Source: Chrysomallon squamiferum (Eukaryota; Animalia; Mollusca). Taken from it: a DNA stretch of 64,000 nucleotides. The notes beneath the pieces are model-generated. The model was not told the DNA's origin, ran no database searches, and was given only the letters and a program-made list of their open reading frames with translations. The DNA lies in contig CM022678.1 in the NCBI GenBank assembly GCA_012295275.1, positions 9,548,001 to 9,612,000 on the forward strand. The letters run 5' to 3'. Made by a program: the position numbers and the translations under genes. Positions 48,418 to 61,214 of this stretch are shown here, piece after piece (position 1 is the stretch's first letter; every line of letters starts with the position of its first letter).

Positions 48418-49527
48418 GTAAAAAGCTTATTTCAATATTTGTGAAACCAAGGACTTTTTCATCTGAGACAAGACAGGCAGCCCTTGCACTTTTTGCTTTG
48501 ATAGGTACACTACAGTTCAAAGAAAACAAACTACTAACCTTTCTCATACTTTTTTCAAGTGGTAACCATAGTGACATAAACTGCCTTCAGCTTTATGAGA
48601 AATCTGTTCCGATGTCAAACCCTGACTTCTACATTCTCAGTCTGAAACAAAAGTAATTTATTATTTTTAAAATGTTTTTTGACTTGTTTCTTTTTTCTTC
48701 ATTTTTTTAATCAGTTTTTTGTTTACCTCAATTTAATATTAATATAAACAACATTTAAAACAGCATCAGTTGAAAAATGATAATGATTTTATTTTATCAT
48801 TTAAAAAATTAAATAAACAAACAATAATTATAGAATTAATTAATGATAGATATAAATCACTGTCTTTTCACTGTTAACTCATTGTTCACTAAACATACCT
48901 AATTAATAGTAACAAAATTAAAATAATATTAATATTAAAACATTCTCAGGTGGCATTAAGTAATTTATAAAATCTTGTAGTAAACTGAATTATTTGTCCA
49001 TTATACCCAGCATCTGTTTACAAACATGTTGAGCACATCTCAGTGTCTGAGTCTGTACAAATTTCTCTTAACTGCCAGGACTGGAGAAGTCATGTTTTTC
49101 AATGAACGCTTCACTACACTCATGGTCAAGTGGTCAACCTTGGTCTTTTTTCTGGTCAGCAGAAGGCTTGTTTATCCTGTAGAGAGAAAAATTACATTTA
49201 TCATTGACAAGCCTAATAAATAAATTGTAGTTAAAAAAAAAAAAAAAAAAAGTTATAAAATTTATCACATATAATTTCGAAACAAAAAGAAATAAAAAAA
49301 ATATTTAAAAGTTACCGAAAATATTAAAATTATAAATTATTAAGTCAGAATGTTTGAGAATTAATTGCGACCAAAGTTCCGTTTCGGCGATTGGGATGGT
49401 AAAATGGTTATGGGGAAGTCGCCTTTTTCTCTATAAGATATAACACAAGAGTCAGTATTAATCTCAAATATTTATTTCATACAAAAGGTTTGCTAGTAGT
49501 TCGATAAAGTGGACTTATCGGCTTACC
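44700..49527 (-). pseudogene. Unprocessed pseudogene of a calcium-binding EGF-repeat (fibrillin/mucin-like) protein, splice sites intact
   Basis: Exons: ..49527; 49007-49176; 48539-48641 (ECRSQG..EQI..EGSLCHYGYHL); 47931-48062 (DINEC..TCIN..GFTCSCLAGKKLENDQTTCV); 47519-47687 (CQCKAGW..RDEC..CKN..ECKTGY); 46437-46553 (CEQGC..QCLC..NSDNKTCS); 45771-45889 (DINEC..YTCNCMDGY..TC); last exon from 45105. Lost cysteines, stops and frameshifts are present. Confidence 0.85.
47328..47445. repeat. About 40-bp tandem repeat, 3 copies
   Basis: tcattt..a.catataactatttattaaataa occurs three times. Confidence 0.8.
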
Positions 49528-50505
49528 TGAATTTGCCAACATCGGTTTATAACACTAACTTTCTCGACCGGATAGGCATGGCGCTAACTGTAGTCTTGAT
49601 AAACAAAACCACGAGTCTCGCTGACCCAGTGTCGGAAAAGTGATCGGGACCGTTCGGATCATCTCGGTCGAATAGACGGAGACATTCGAGTCCTCTGTAT
49701 ATATCCAACAGAATCCGTTCTCCTCAGAAAAAGGCCTGGTAGCAAAAAATATTAATAATAATAAAAAAAAAAAAAAAAATAAATAAATAAAAAATAAAAT
49801 ACAATCATATATCTGTTTCATTTAAACTTTAATTTTTAACTATGAGGAAGTGTTTTTATTTTGTGGTGGTGGTTTCGGGGGTGGGGGGTTCCTTGTTTTT
49901 TAAGAATAGTTATGACTGTTTTTTATCCCGTTTTTATTTTTTTTTTTTATGTTGCATTTTTGTTTTTTAAGTTAACTTTATTTTATTTTATTTTATTAAT
50001 TTACTTTATTTTTTATTTATTTATTTAAAACAATTCTTTTTTGTTTCTTAAAAATTATTATCGCAATTATTTATTTATTAATATTAATAATATTTATAAT
50101 TATTATGGATATTTTTCTTAATTTCATTTTTAGCTCAGAAATGAATACAGAATAAATTTCTACAAATTTTATAATAATTTTTGTGAGAATAAACAAATTA
50201 ATGACTTCTTAAATACTAAATAAAATTAGGTTAAGGCCAGGCTAGTCTCGATAAACCACGATGTTTCGAACATAAACGGATTCGAATGTATGCTACGCTT
50301 TTCAAACCAGTTTGAACTGATGTTTGACAGCCAGTTTATTTTTGTTTTTAATTCGGTAACGTTTTACTTGTTGATTATTCAATTTAATAGAATTTTGGAA
50401 ATATTTCACGAGAATCCAAATGGATTGGGATGTTTTATGTTTGTGTGAATCCAAGCGTGAATCGAATGCGGATTATGCGCAGATTTTCAGCCATGGAACG
50501 AGGTA
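49370..50505. promoter_or_regulatory. Bidirectional CpG-rich promoter region
   Basis: Two CpG-dense blocks (49370-49740 and 50235-50505). A minus-strand first donor (tcag|gtaagc) is at 49527 and a plus-strand first donor (gccATGGaacgag|gtaaac) at 50502. CpG-depleted exon chains run away in both directions. Confidence 0.7.
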
Positions 50506-50602
50506 AACATGATCATGATGTAATGTGTATCACTGTATCAGTATCAGTGTGTGTGAAAGAAGCAGAAAGAGAGGTGTTCACCGTATAAACTATAATCGTA
50601 TT

Positions 50603-50673
<71 letters not shown>

Positions 50674-52545
50674 TGTGTGTGTGTGTGTTGGCAATTTCAT
50701 ATGTAAATAAATTTATTATAACATTCACAAACGATAATAAGGCAGAGAAAAATGCATTTATCAGACAAATGTAGATTGATAACAAAAAATATCATGTACT
50801 TCCAAAAAATAAACATTATATTTACTATTGACATTGCTATTTTTCGTAGGTCACTGTATTATTATTCACATCTGTCAAGAAAGGGAATTTACATCATGGA
50901 GAAGGATGAATCACCTGTTACAGAAACCATTCTTATGCAAACTGCACCATTCTGAGTTGTGAGTATAATTTATTTTATGTTCGTGTCTTAGAGAGTAAAA
51001 TAAGTTTTGTAGCAACTCTTTATTGATTATAAAATAGTGTAATAAAAATCACTTATTTGCTATTGTTTTGTAATCAGTTTAATATCATAATAATTATGTT
51101 ACATTATTTATTAATAACAAAGTATATTGAAGATATCCCAAAGCACACTTTGTCTGAATAATATAGTTAAATTTAAATTTTGATAATAACAGAAGTATTA
51201 GTTATTTATTTATAACTGCTTAGTTATTATTTTTATTATTATTTTATTTCTTTTTTCTTTTAGAATGTACATATAGCTCTAATTGATGCGCTGATGTTGG
51301 CATATGCCAGTGAAGTTGTTTCAGAAGAATGTGCTGTCCCTGCCATCAGGTATGCTGTTGTTTTTGTTTATTTATTTATTTATATTATTATGTTGTTAAA
51401 TATTAAAATTTGATTTTTTTTTTTTTTTTTTTATTATTAAACTGAGTTAGTTTGACTCTGTCAAAGTTGATTTACTTTTCTTCCTTTTATATTTTGGTAA
51501 ATTATATTTCAGTTAAAGCTGAGGTATAGTTAAAGTATTCATTTTTCTACTTTGATTATTAAATGATAGCTGAAAATAAGGCAAAGGATTATGATGATTG
51601 CAGTTGAACATGCAAATGTATGAATGTATGAGAGAAAGAGAGAGGATTAAGGAATGGCGATTCAGGGAGAGAGGGAGAAGGAGAATGATATTTGGGGTGC
51701 ATGTTTTGTATAATTTATCATATAGCATAAAGAGACCTCATACTTTAAATTCAACATTTTGAACAAGCAATTTTAAAACTTTCAGATGAATTACAACTTT
51801 TAACACATCCAGTGAACTTCCATCAGGCACTGAGGACACAATTATAGTCTGCTTAAATAAAGTTTGTACTGCTGCATTGTTTTTAATTTGAGTTGTTTTT
51901 ATTTAAATATTTCTCATTGTTCTAAACATAATTAAGTTTAATTTAATTTAATGCAGGAGATTGCAGTTTGTTAATAATATATCAGTAGGTAGACATGCAC
52001 ATACACACAAATTACATTAGTATCTTGTAAACACACAGTACACTTTTTTACCATGTACATTTGTCAGGCACACACTCACATTCCTATAATTACATTCATA
52101 TAAATATGATTATTTTGTTGTAAATTTCTATATTATAAAACAAAAGAAGAAGACAAGAAGCATCATATTTTAAAATGTTTAACTTTCCTGTTACCAGATT
52201 GGAACTGCCAGCCCTTCAGACAGTGTGACTGTTCCTGTGATGACAGACATACTAAAAGACATGAGACATATGTACAGTAGCTGTTGTCTGTCGTCTCTGT
52301 TGTCTGAAGTGTCTCAGTTTTCATGGTTTGTTAAATAACACATTTTTTTTGTAAATAAAAAGTATGAATCACATGGTAACTTTAAATTTAGCATAAAGTA
52401 AATTTATGAATCTTAATATCTAGTTAAAAGAGGATGGGGTTTTGGGGCGCTTTTTGATTTTATATTTCATAATCAACAAAATTCATATTTTATTATTAGG
52501 TCTGTTTTTTTTTTTTTTTTTTTATAATTTGAATATAATTTGTAC

Positions 52546-52630
<85 letters not shown>

Positions 52631-53107
52631 GTCTGTCTGTCTGTCTGTCAGTTATCACATCCTTTTCATCCTCCTTAACCTCTTTTACTGTGTTATTAAA
52701 TATTAATTGCCTCATTGTTGTTTATTTTTTCTTCAGATATATGTTTGAAAGATGGGTTAGGAATAGCTAATTCTTTACATAATCTACGCCTCACCAAAAC
52801 ATTCTGTGAACGGCATCTTCCATCAACTTTTTCCATTTCACCTACGAGGATCTCCTGTACACACGAGACAGTATATGAGAAAACCTCTTAGCCTTTCTCA
52901 CAGAGCTGTTCTTCTGGTTTGAAATGATAAAACTGACAGAGACAGGACAGCTGCTGAATGGTCAGGAAGCAGAAAGTAAGTTTTGTGAGAGTTTTTAATT
53001 ACATTGCAAGTCCACAATTGAATTGTATCTTTTATTAAATGAATTTATGAAATTTATTATTGTACTGGAAACATTGGGATTTTGTCATATTCAGTTTTAG
53101 TGTTTAT

Positions 53108-54132
53108 ACTGGAGGGGTGTAGCAATACTGATATCAAAAGAATGTCTTTATAAGTTTACCTTTAATAGTTGTGACACTGAAGGCAGGATTTTAAAAATTA
53201 ATACTAAAATAGATGGTGATGAACATAGTTTTATAAGTGTATATGCACCAAATAATATTGCAGAAAATATTTTATTTTTAAATGATTATGTAAATTTGTG
53301 GATTTTTAAAATACATCAATGACAGGAGATTTTAATGTAATTTTAGATCCTAATTTAGATTTAGGCATTAATAATAAAACTTTCAGTATGAAAAGTGGTA
53401 ATAAATTACAGATATTTATAATTATAATTTAGTTGATATTTGGTGACACAGAAATCCAGATAAAAAACAATTTACTAGATCTCAAATTGTTGAAAAAACT
53501 ATAAATCAGTCAAGAATTATTTTTTTTTTAATTTCTAGAAATTTATTACAGTTTATAAGTAATGTATACATATCCTATACCTCAATTAGTGATCACAATT
53601 TTTTATCACTTAAAATAGATTTTTCTCGTGTAGAGAGAGGTGAAGGTATTTGAATTTTTAATAATGAATTGTTGAAAGATGAACTTTTTTGTAAAGCTCT
53701 TGTTGAAGTAATTAATAATGCTTCTGAGTGTCCTTTGTTACAAACTGAACCTGTTGTTTGATCAAATAACTTAAAATATAAAACATTTTGCACTAAATAA
53801 GAGAAAATTAGTCAACGAGAAATACTATAATATACAAAATGCTTTAAAATGAGAATATGCTAAACTAGTTGTAAATAAGCATCATGATTTGAGTAACATA
53901 CAAAGAAGAAAAGTTAAAATTAATTTAGAGATTAAGTGTAATGGTGCTATTTTAAGACCTAAAGCTCAATAGAACCTAGATATGGATAGAAATTCATTGT
54001 TTTTTCTGAATTCAGAAAAATCAAAACAGGAATCAAATTCTATTAAAGAACGAAAAAGAGTAAATGGATTAATTAGAAAAATGGAAGATATATTAGAATA
54101 TGCTTATGAATTTTATTCAAAATTATTTACAT
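53108..54132 (+). mobile_element. L1/Tx1 endonuclease relic (duplicate of 2115-3145)
   Basis: Same motifs; this copy keeps ISDH (attagtgatcac). Confidence 0.9.
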
Positions 54133-54189
54133 AAAAAAATGTATGTTCTGTTTTAATTTTTTTCTGTTTTTTTTTCTATTGATGGAAGG

Positions 54190-54690
54190 ATGTTATCCAG
54201 GATCAGTTGCATGGAGGACTAATAAATATATTTTTAGCTCCTGATCTGTGCCTGAGTTATTTAAGAAAAATATATATGTTGTTGGTTTTTTCTGGGGTTT
54301 TTTCTGTGGAAAGACATATACTAAAAAATATTTTTATTTTTAGTGGCTTGTTTAAAAAAGGTGTCACTTCATATTGCAGAAACAGTTTTTTTTTTCATTA
54401 GCTGTATTGTTATTTACCTTTTATGATAAAGGTTCCAGGATCAGTCCTCATGAAGGACTAATAATGTTATTTCCCAATCTAGCTGCTGATGTGTGATATA
54501 TCATAGTAAATTTTTTTTTTCTGGGTTTTTTTTCTCTGGAAATATATATATTAGAAATATATGTTTAGTTGCTTTTCAGAAAAAAGGTGTCACTTCATTA
54601 GCTGTTTTGTTATTTACCTTTTAAGATAGAAAGTACTAGTAAAAAAAAACATGGTGTATGTTCTTAAATAAAATATTTCTTCTTTATTTT
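54190..54690 (+). mobile_element. SINE-like pair (duplicate of 3245-3745)
   Basis: Two ccaggatcagt.. units and the ttaaataaaatatttcttct tail. Confidence 0.55.
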
Positions 54691-55082
54691 AGATTTGTTG
54701 CATTTTAAGAGAATTTATGTTTATCAATTATCAGGTTATAATGACATATTTTTAAAAGATACTGATTTTTCAACAAACATTCATTTGTATCAGTAAATGG
54801 CATTTATATACATATAACAGCAAATAATGTTACTAATAAAAAAAATAAAAAAAAAATGAAATTATCTTTGTTTTTACTTTTTCAGACATATATCACAAAA
54901 CAGACAAGTGTTGTCACCTAAACTTGAGAATGGGACACACACAGACAGCAGAACAGACAGAGAAGTTTATCAAAAAACTGGTATGAAAAACTCACACATT
55001 AACTAACCTGATTGATATACATTCTTCTTAGTTTTTCTATTGGTAATATATTCTCAATAATAAAAATAAGAAAAGCAGATTA

Positions 55083-55690
55083 GAGCAAGGAGAGTCTATA
55101 ATAATAAGTAAAGTAATTGTAGTATACAAATAGCTTGATAACTTAGCAAGGAGAGTCTATAATAATAAGTAAAGTAATTGTAGTATACAAATAGCTTGAT
55201 AACTTAGCAAGGAGAGTCTATAATAATAAGTAAAGTAATTGTAGTATACAAATAGCTTGATAACTTAGCAAGGAGAGTCTATAATAATAAGTAAAGTAAT
55301 TGTAGTATACAAATAGCTTGATAACTTAGCAAGGAGAGTCTATAATAATAAGTAAAGTAATTGTAGTATACAAATAGCTTGATAACTTAGCAAGGAGAGT
55401 CCATAATAATAAGTAAAGTAATTGTAGTATACAAATAGCTTGATAACTTAGCAAGGAGAGTCTATAATAATAAGTAAAGTAATTGTAGTATACAAATAGC
55501 TTGATAACTTAGCAAGGAGAGTCTATAATAATAAGTAAAGTAATTGTAGTATACAAATAGCTTGATAACTTAGCAAGGAGAGTCTATAATAATAAGTAAA
55601 GTAATTGTAGTATACAAATAGCTTGATAACTTAGCAAGGAGAGTCTATAATAATAAGTAAAGTAATTGTAGTATACAAATAGCCTTGATA
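55083..55690 (-). repeat. 61-bp minisatellite, about 10 nearly identical copies
   Basis: Same unit as 4138-4720, with the gagtcta variant dominant. Confidence 0.97.
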
Positions 55691-57162
55691 TTATTAGTAT
55701 TCTTCCATATTTCTATATTTCCATTAGCATTGTTTTATTTTATTTTTTAGCTGATATTTACTATATACATAATCAAAACCATTTATTGTTTTGTTTTCAA
55801 CTTTGCCAGAATACAGTTAGAATTTTTTTTTTTTTTTTGATTTGAAAGTTTAAAAATTAATTTTGCTTTTTTTTTTACAAATAAATTTAAGTGATTCTTA
55901 GAATTTGGTATGTTTATGATTTAGTAATTTCAAAAAAAAGTAAGAGAAATGTCATCAAAGAATCTGTACTAACCTGGCAGAAACAGAAGCATCTGCAGAG
56001 GTTGTTGTTTGTTGTTATAGTAACAGCAGTAATAGTAGTACAACCCATTGTTGTAGTGTAGTTGTTATAGCATTAGTACTTAATAATAATAGTTCTTGTT
56101 TGTAGTAATAGGTGATATTTTAGCCGATGATGCTTTGTGATCATAATGTATCTTGTGTGACTAATGGTCAGAAAAATACTAGCTGTAGTCATAGTACTAG
56201 TTGTAGTAGTAGTAGAAGTATTAATAGTAATTTTGTTGTTGCAGTAGTAGAAGTAATAGAGGGAGTGTGATATGACAGTTAAATGAGAAATTGTTATGAT
56301 AAAAGTAAAATGAAAAGTAGCTGTGGCAACAGGAGCAGTAGTTGTAGTAGTAGTAGTAGTTGTTTTTGTTGTAGTAATTATAACAATAACAGTATAAAAT
56401 AATAGATTTCTTTGTTGAATTGGGGAAAAAAAAGAAAACTGATTAATTGTTTTTTTTTAATTTTTTTTTTTTTTATTTAATATCTGATTATTTTTTGTTT
56501 ATTTTTTTAAATTTATTTAATATTTGATTAAGTATTTTATTGATTGATTGATTTATTTATTTATTTATCTGCTCAGATGAGGCACCCACCAATCAGAATC
56601 AGACCAGTGAGTTGTCCACTTTCTTGGTTAATGTTGTGTCAAAGTTTTGCTGATGATCAGCTCAATGTTGGTGACCTTGAGCCCCACAGACACTGCAGCC
56701 GACCATGTTGAACTACAACGATTCTGACAGCATGAAGTTGAAGAGTGTCACACCAGGTGACCAACCTCAACAGTCGAATGTCAGTGATCATGGAGAAAAA
56801 CTTGAACCTTTAATGTCAGCTGAGCTAAAACCAGCCAAAGAAAAACACTTAAATCATTCAAAAGCAGAGGAAAGAGACGAGACTCCCAGAAAGAGGACAA
56901 CATCTCCAACAAAGCCTAGGAAACCTCCTCAAACATCACCCATCACAGCTGATGTATTTCCATTCAAGGGGACATAACTGGAAGCCACTGTTTCTCTGAA
57001 TCTCAACACCAGATGAACCAGTAAGTGTGATTTCAGTGTCTGATACTCCACTAACACAAGGATAACTGAAAATTATGTAGGTCAAGGTCAAGGTGAAGGT
57101 GAGGGTAAAGGACATATGCCATTTTACATTAACCTTGATGTTTACATTAATCCTAAAAAACA

Positions 57163-57630
57163 GTGCCTCTAGAATTCAGAAAACACTTTGATCAGAAGAC
57201 AGTAGTGGTAATAGATTGTTCTAAACTATTTATACAGTGTCTTAAAAATCTTAATGAGCACAGACTTGGACATCATACAAACACAACAACAAAACATATT
57301 TTTGATAGTATTTTATTGAATAAACTTCTTCCAGGAGTCTTTGTATTAGCAGACTGAGTCTGACATTGCTGTGTGTGTAAATGAACAAATCCCATGTTTA
57401 CTAATGGTGTTTCACATCACTGTCTGTGGATGTCGAGACAAACTGACCATGTTAGATTCATCTTGAACAAGTGATTGGTCTTAGGAAGAATGAATACACT
57501 GTGCTGCAGGGAAAGCTTTCCACTTGACTTTTTGATCAGTGAGGAATCAGAAGACTCACTTTCACTGGTTGATGAGATTGTAAAGTTGGCTGTGCATTGA
57601 CAAACGTATGAATCAGTTGTGTCCTTTAAC
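57163..57630 (+). mobile_element. PIF/Harbinger (ISL2EU-like, DDE_Tnp_4) transposase relic
   Basis: PLEFRKHFDQKTVVVIDCSKLFIQ, AQTWTSYKHNN, LLPGVFVLAD, HVR/IHLEQVIGLRKNEYTVLQGK and VDEIVK.GCALTNV correspond to the family motifs IDC.E.FI, QTWS.YK..NT, VLADRGF and RIHVERVIG. Confidence 0.88.
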
Positions 57631-59744
57631 TGGAAGAATGGGTTGTTATTGTTATGTGTGGTTCTGACTGCAGAAACAGGGCTTACCATTGTAGATGCAG
57701 ATCAGAGTGTACATTCACACAGTCTGATCAGAGTTTGCAGTGTTTAAGTAGCTTACAAAGTCCTCAAGCTGCATGATGAGGTACAGGAGTGTACTGAAGA
57801 AACTGGGTCTAGACTTGTCAGAAAAACCATAAACCCCATTTCTGTAGTAAGAGCCACATATAAGAGTAAGACTGAGACACAAATATTGTTATATTCAGAA
57901 TGTTGAAATGTTTCAGATATTTTTACTTGGCTTAGTTCATAACTTGATAATTAAAATAGTTTTCAAAAAACTGATTTATTTTGCATTATAGTTGATTATT
58001 CATGATGCATCCATTATATGCAAATAATCTGAACTTGATTTCCAACTGGGGTTGTGTAAGAAATTTCCACAAAGAAAATGTATTGATATATTAAATAATA
58101 TGTGTATTTATTCATTTACACAGCATTAGAATTTCCTTGTCTGTGTTTCTGTAATATGAAAAGTAAAGTAATGTATGATCTCTAAAATTTCAAATAATAG
58201 AGAGATAATTGTCTTTTAATCAGGATATTTTTTTTTTTTTTTTTTTATTTTTTAAAGTTTTTATTTAAATATTTAATGTAGAGAAATATATAATTAGATA
58301 AAAGTTTTTAACTATAACCATTTATTGTATTTTTATGCATGTATTTTGTTATATGCTTATACAACTCAGTTTTTTCTATGTTCAGTGTTTCAGAAACTGT
58401 GACTGCTTGTTGCTGAAAGTTGAAATCCTTCTTCAGCATTTTGATCTGCTATTGGTGATGTGATGTCACCTGCATTTTCACTGGATTCAGAGGTTAGTTG
58501 TTTTTGTTTTTTTTTATTTAGTTTATAAGAATGACAATCCTTAAGTATCACAGATATATGGTTTATTTTAATTATAAATGTTGTTTGATATAAAATTTAG
58601 CTTCAAAGAATGATCAGATACAATTTTCTTTTTCTGATTTTTTTTTTTTTTTTCACAGATGCCAATTTTGTTTTATCAAGAACCTGTGAGGATTATCTGA
58701 AAAACAGCTGAAACCACTTTCCTCTGGTATGTAGCAAAAGTTTTATTTCTCTGTAACATTTGTAAGGAATTTAATGTATTTATGCAATAATTAAGTAGCC
58801 TAAAATTGTCAAGGATTGGGGAAAATAATGAAAAATGAAAAGATAAAATCATGAAAAAATCTTTATTATTAGACAGGGTCCTTCGTTAAATGGATTATTT
58901 ATTTATTTATGATTTCAGTTTATTGTTTTTCTTCTTACTGTCATCATTATTATTATTAATATAATTTATTTATCTGTTTTAATCATCATTATTGTTATTT
59001 TTATTTTGTTATTGTTATTATTATAAAGATTTGTTCTATGACTTCTGTGATGATGGCTAAATGTGATTGTTTTTTAAATTTCAGTATATCACATATTTTT
59101 GTAATTTCACACAGTTCTCTGGTATGAGACACTACAAGTCTACCTGACTGTGAAGATTTCTGGTGAAACATTGGCTGACTACAATCTGAACAAACTGGAG
59201 GAAGGATCCCAGCTCTGTTATAAAATCTTCATTTACATCAGGTACTGCCCTTTTTGTTACACCTTGTTGTATTTGATTTAGATTCTTGAGAAAAATGGTT
59301 TTAATGTTATTCTGTTTACAGAGATAACAGGTCAGTAACAGTAAAATGATAGCAGCAATTCATCTGGTGACACAACATTTATGAATGTGGCATTTTGGAA
59401 AAACAGATTTTTAAAATAGTTTTAAAATAAAATATTACAAATGGCTATTTATTTTTATTTATTTATTTTTTATTCTTATTATCTCATTTAAAAGTGTATA
59501 CATGTCCAAGCAAAGAATTAGTTTTTAATTGTGTTTGTGACAGTAACTTTTTCAAAAAAAAGAAAATTGAATTTTCTAAATTATAATATATTGGGTTTTA
59601 GAGTCAACTGTTAATTGAGATATTTCACATTCCACTGTGCATAAAAAAAAAATTGCCGGGTAATTCAAGGATGCAAAGGAATGAGAAATGCAAAATAGTC
59701 CTAGTTTTAAATTGGTGGACAAAACCAATCATTCTGTAATGGGA

Positions 59745-60460
59745 GGCCACGACCATTGTTCAGTTATTAACTGTTCCAATTGCAGACATCTGAGAAATTT
59801 GTTATCCTTCTATCAATATCAGGAACATTTGTGGGTAATCAGATCTCATAGAAATGGAAAAGATTTTAATGTTACTGAAAACATGAGGGTTTGTTCAGCA
59901 TATTTTGTAGGTGGGAAGCCAGTGAACTATGTACCCACCCTGAGTATTAGATGGGAAATTGTCACAACACCTAGGAAACAAAAACAAATGAAATTAAACA
60001 CATGGTTCAGATAACTGCAGAGAACAATAGTTTCAGTTATATTCTTAATTTTTCAGTCTACTGCAACTAGTTGAGGTGTTTGTTGCTTGGAGTCAAAAAT
60101 ACTTAGTTGGGGTTTTACAAGTATGTAGGTGTTTTTTAGAACACACTAATCAGACCTTTTTAGAAATTAAAAAGTCCATGACAGACATCATGGTATTTTA
60201 ATGGACATTTTTAAATCCATCAAAAATTTTTTAAATCATTTGAAATCAGGTGATTTCAAAATCACATTGTGTAGTTTTGCAGAGATGAAATTAAGATTTT
60301 AAAAGAACCAGTAAACTGTAGATTTTATGACAGCCTTCCTCTCATTCCTCAAAACATGTAGACATGTCAAATTTAAAGAAGTCTCAAAAGACTCATGTCA
60401 CCCATTTTGTCAAACTAATTTTCAGCAACAAGTTTCAGTCTTTTTTGTGAAAGGATATTT
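59745..60460 (+). mobile_element. THAP-domain transposase relic (duplicate of 8115-8880)
   Basis: ORF 59688-60014: DHCSVINCSNC..LSFYQ..WV..HRNGKDFNVTENMRVCSAYFVGGKPVNYVPTL. Confidence 0.8.
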
Positions 60461-61165
60461 GGAATTTTGCAAAAAAAATATTGAAAAAATGTTTTAAATG
60501 ATTTTAATTTTCTCAAAACATTTGAAAATGTTGAAGCATTAATATGAGATTATTTTATGTATAAGGAAATGTTTTAATGTATGATTAAAAAATACAGAAA
60601 AATACAGCTGAAGACTTTTTAAATAGTGGTGATGTCTTTTCTTCTCAACCAAGATATCATTTTATAATTTTATGTTTTTATGTTGTTTAATGAGTATTAA
60701 ATTATTCTGTTTAATCAGGTATTTTTCTATTTAATACATTCAGTCAAAAATTAATATTTTTAAAATTTCTTTTTTTTTTAAAATAAACTGTTGTACAAAA
60801 ACAAAACAGATATTGTCTTCAAACATCAGGGCACATTTTGAGCCTAACTGAATTTTATTAATATGGAATAGTTGTTGTTATGGAAAATGTTTAAAAGATC
60901 ATTTGTCATTAAATTCTGTTTTATCCAGAAACTCATTATGGAATGTTAGAATGTTCAGTCACTAATATCTCGGGAACTATATATTTTATTTTTATATAAT
61001 TTTCACTGCTAAGACGAAGCTCATCTAGAAAAGTAAAAAAACATAAAATGTAAACTTTATGACAAGCAACCCAATTTGTGCTGGATGGTCACAAATAAAT
61101 GTTTGGTTTCTACAGCAGAATCTAAAAACAGATATTTTGTTGCAGGTGTGTGAGTGTGTATATAT

Positions 61166-61214
<49 letters not shown>

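Noticed and set aside
57163-60014. Harbinger DDE relic and THAP relic as one intact element
   Set aside because: The order is wrong (THAP lies downstream of the DDE part) and three host exons intervene, so they are two separate decayed insertions.
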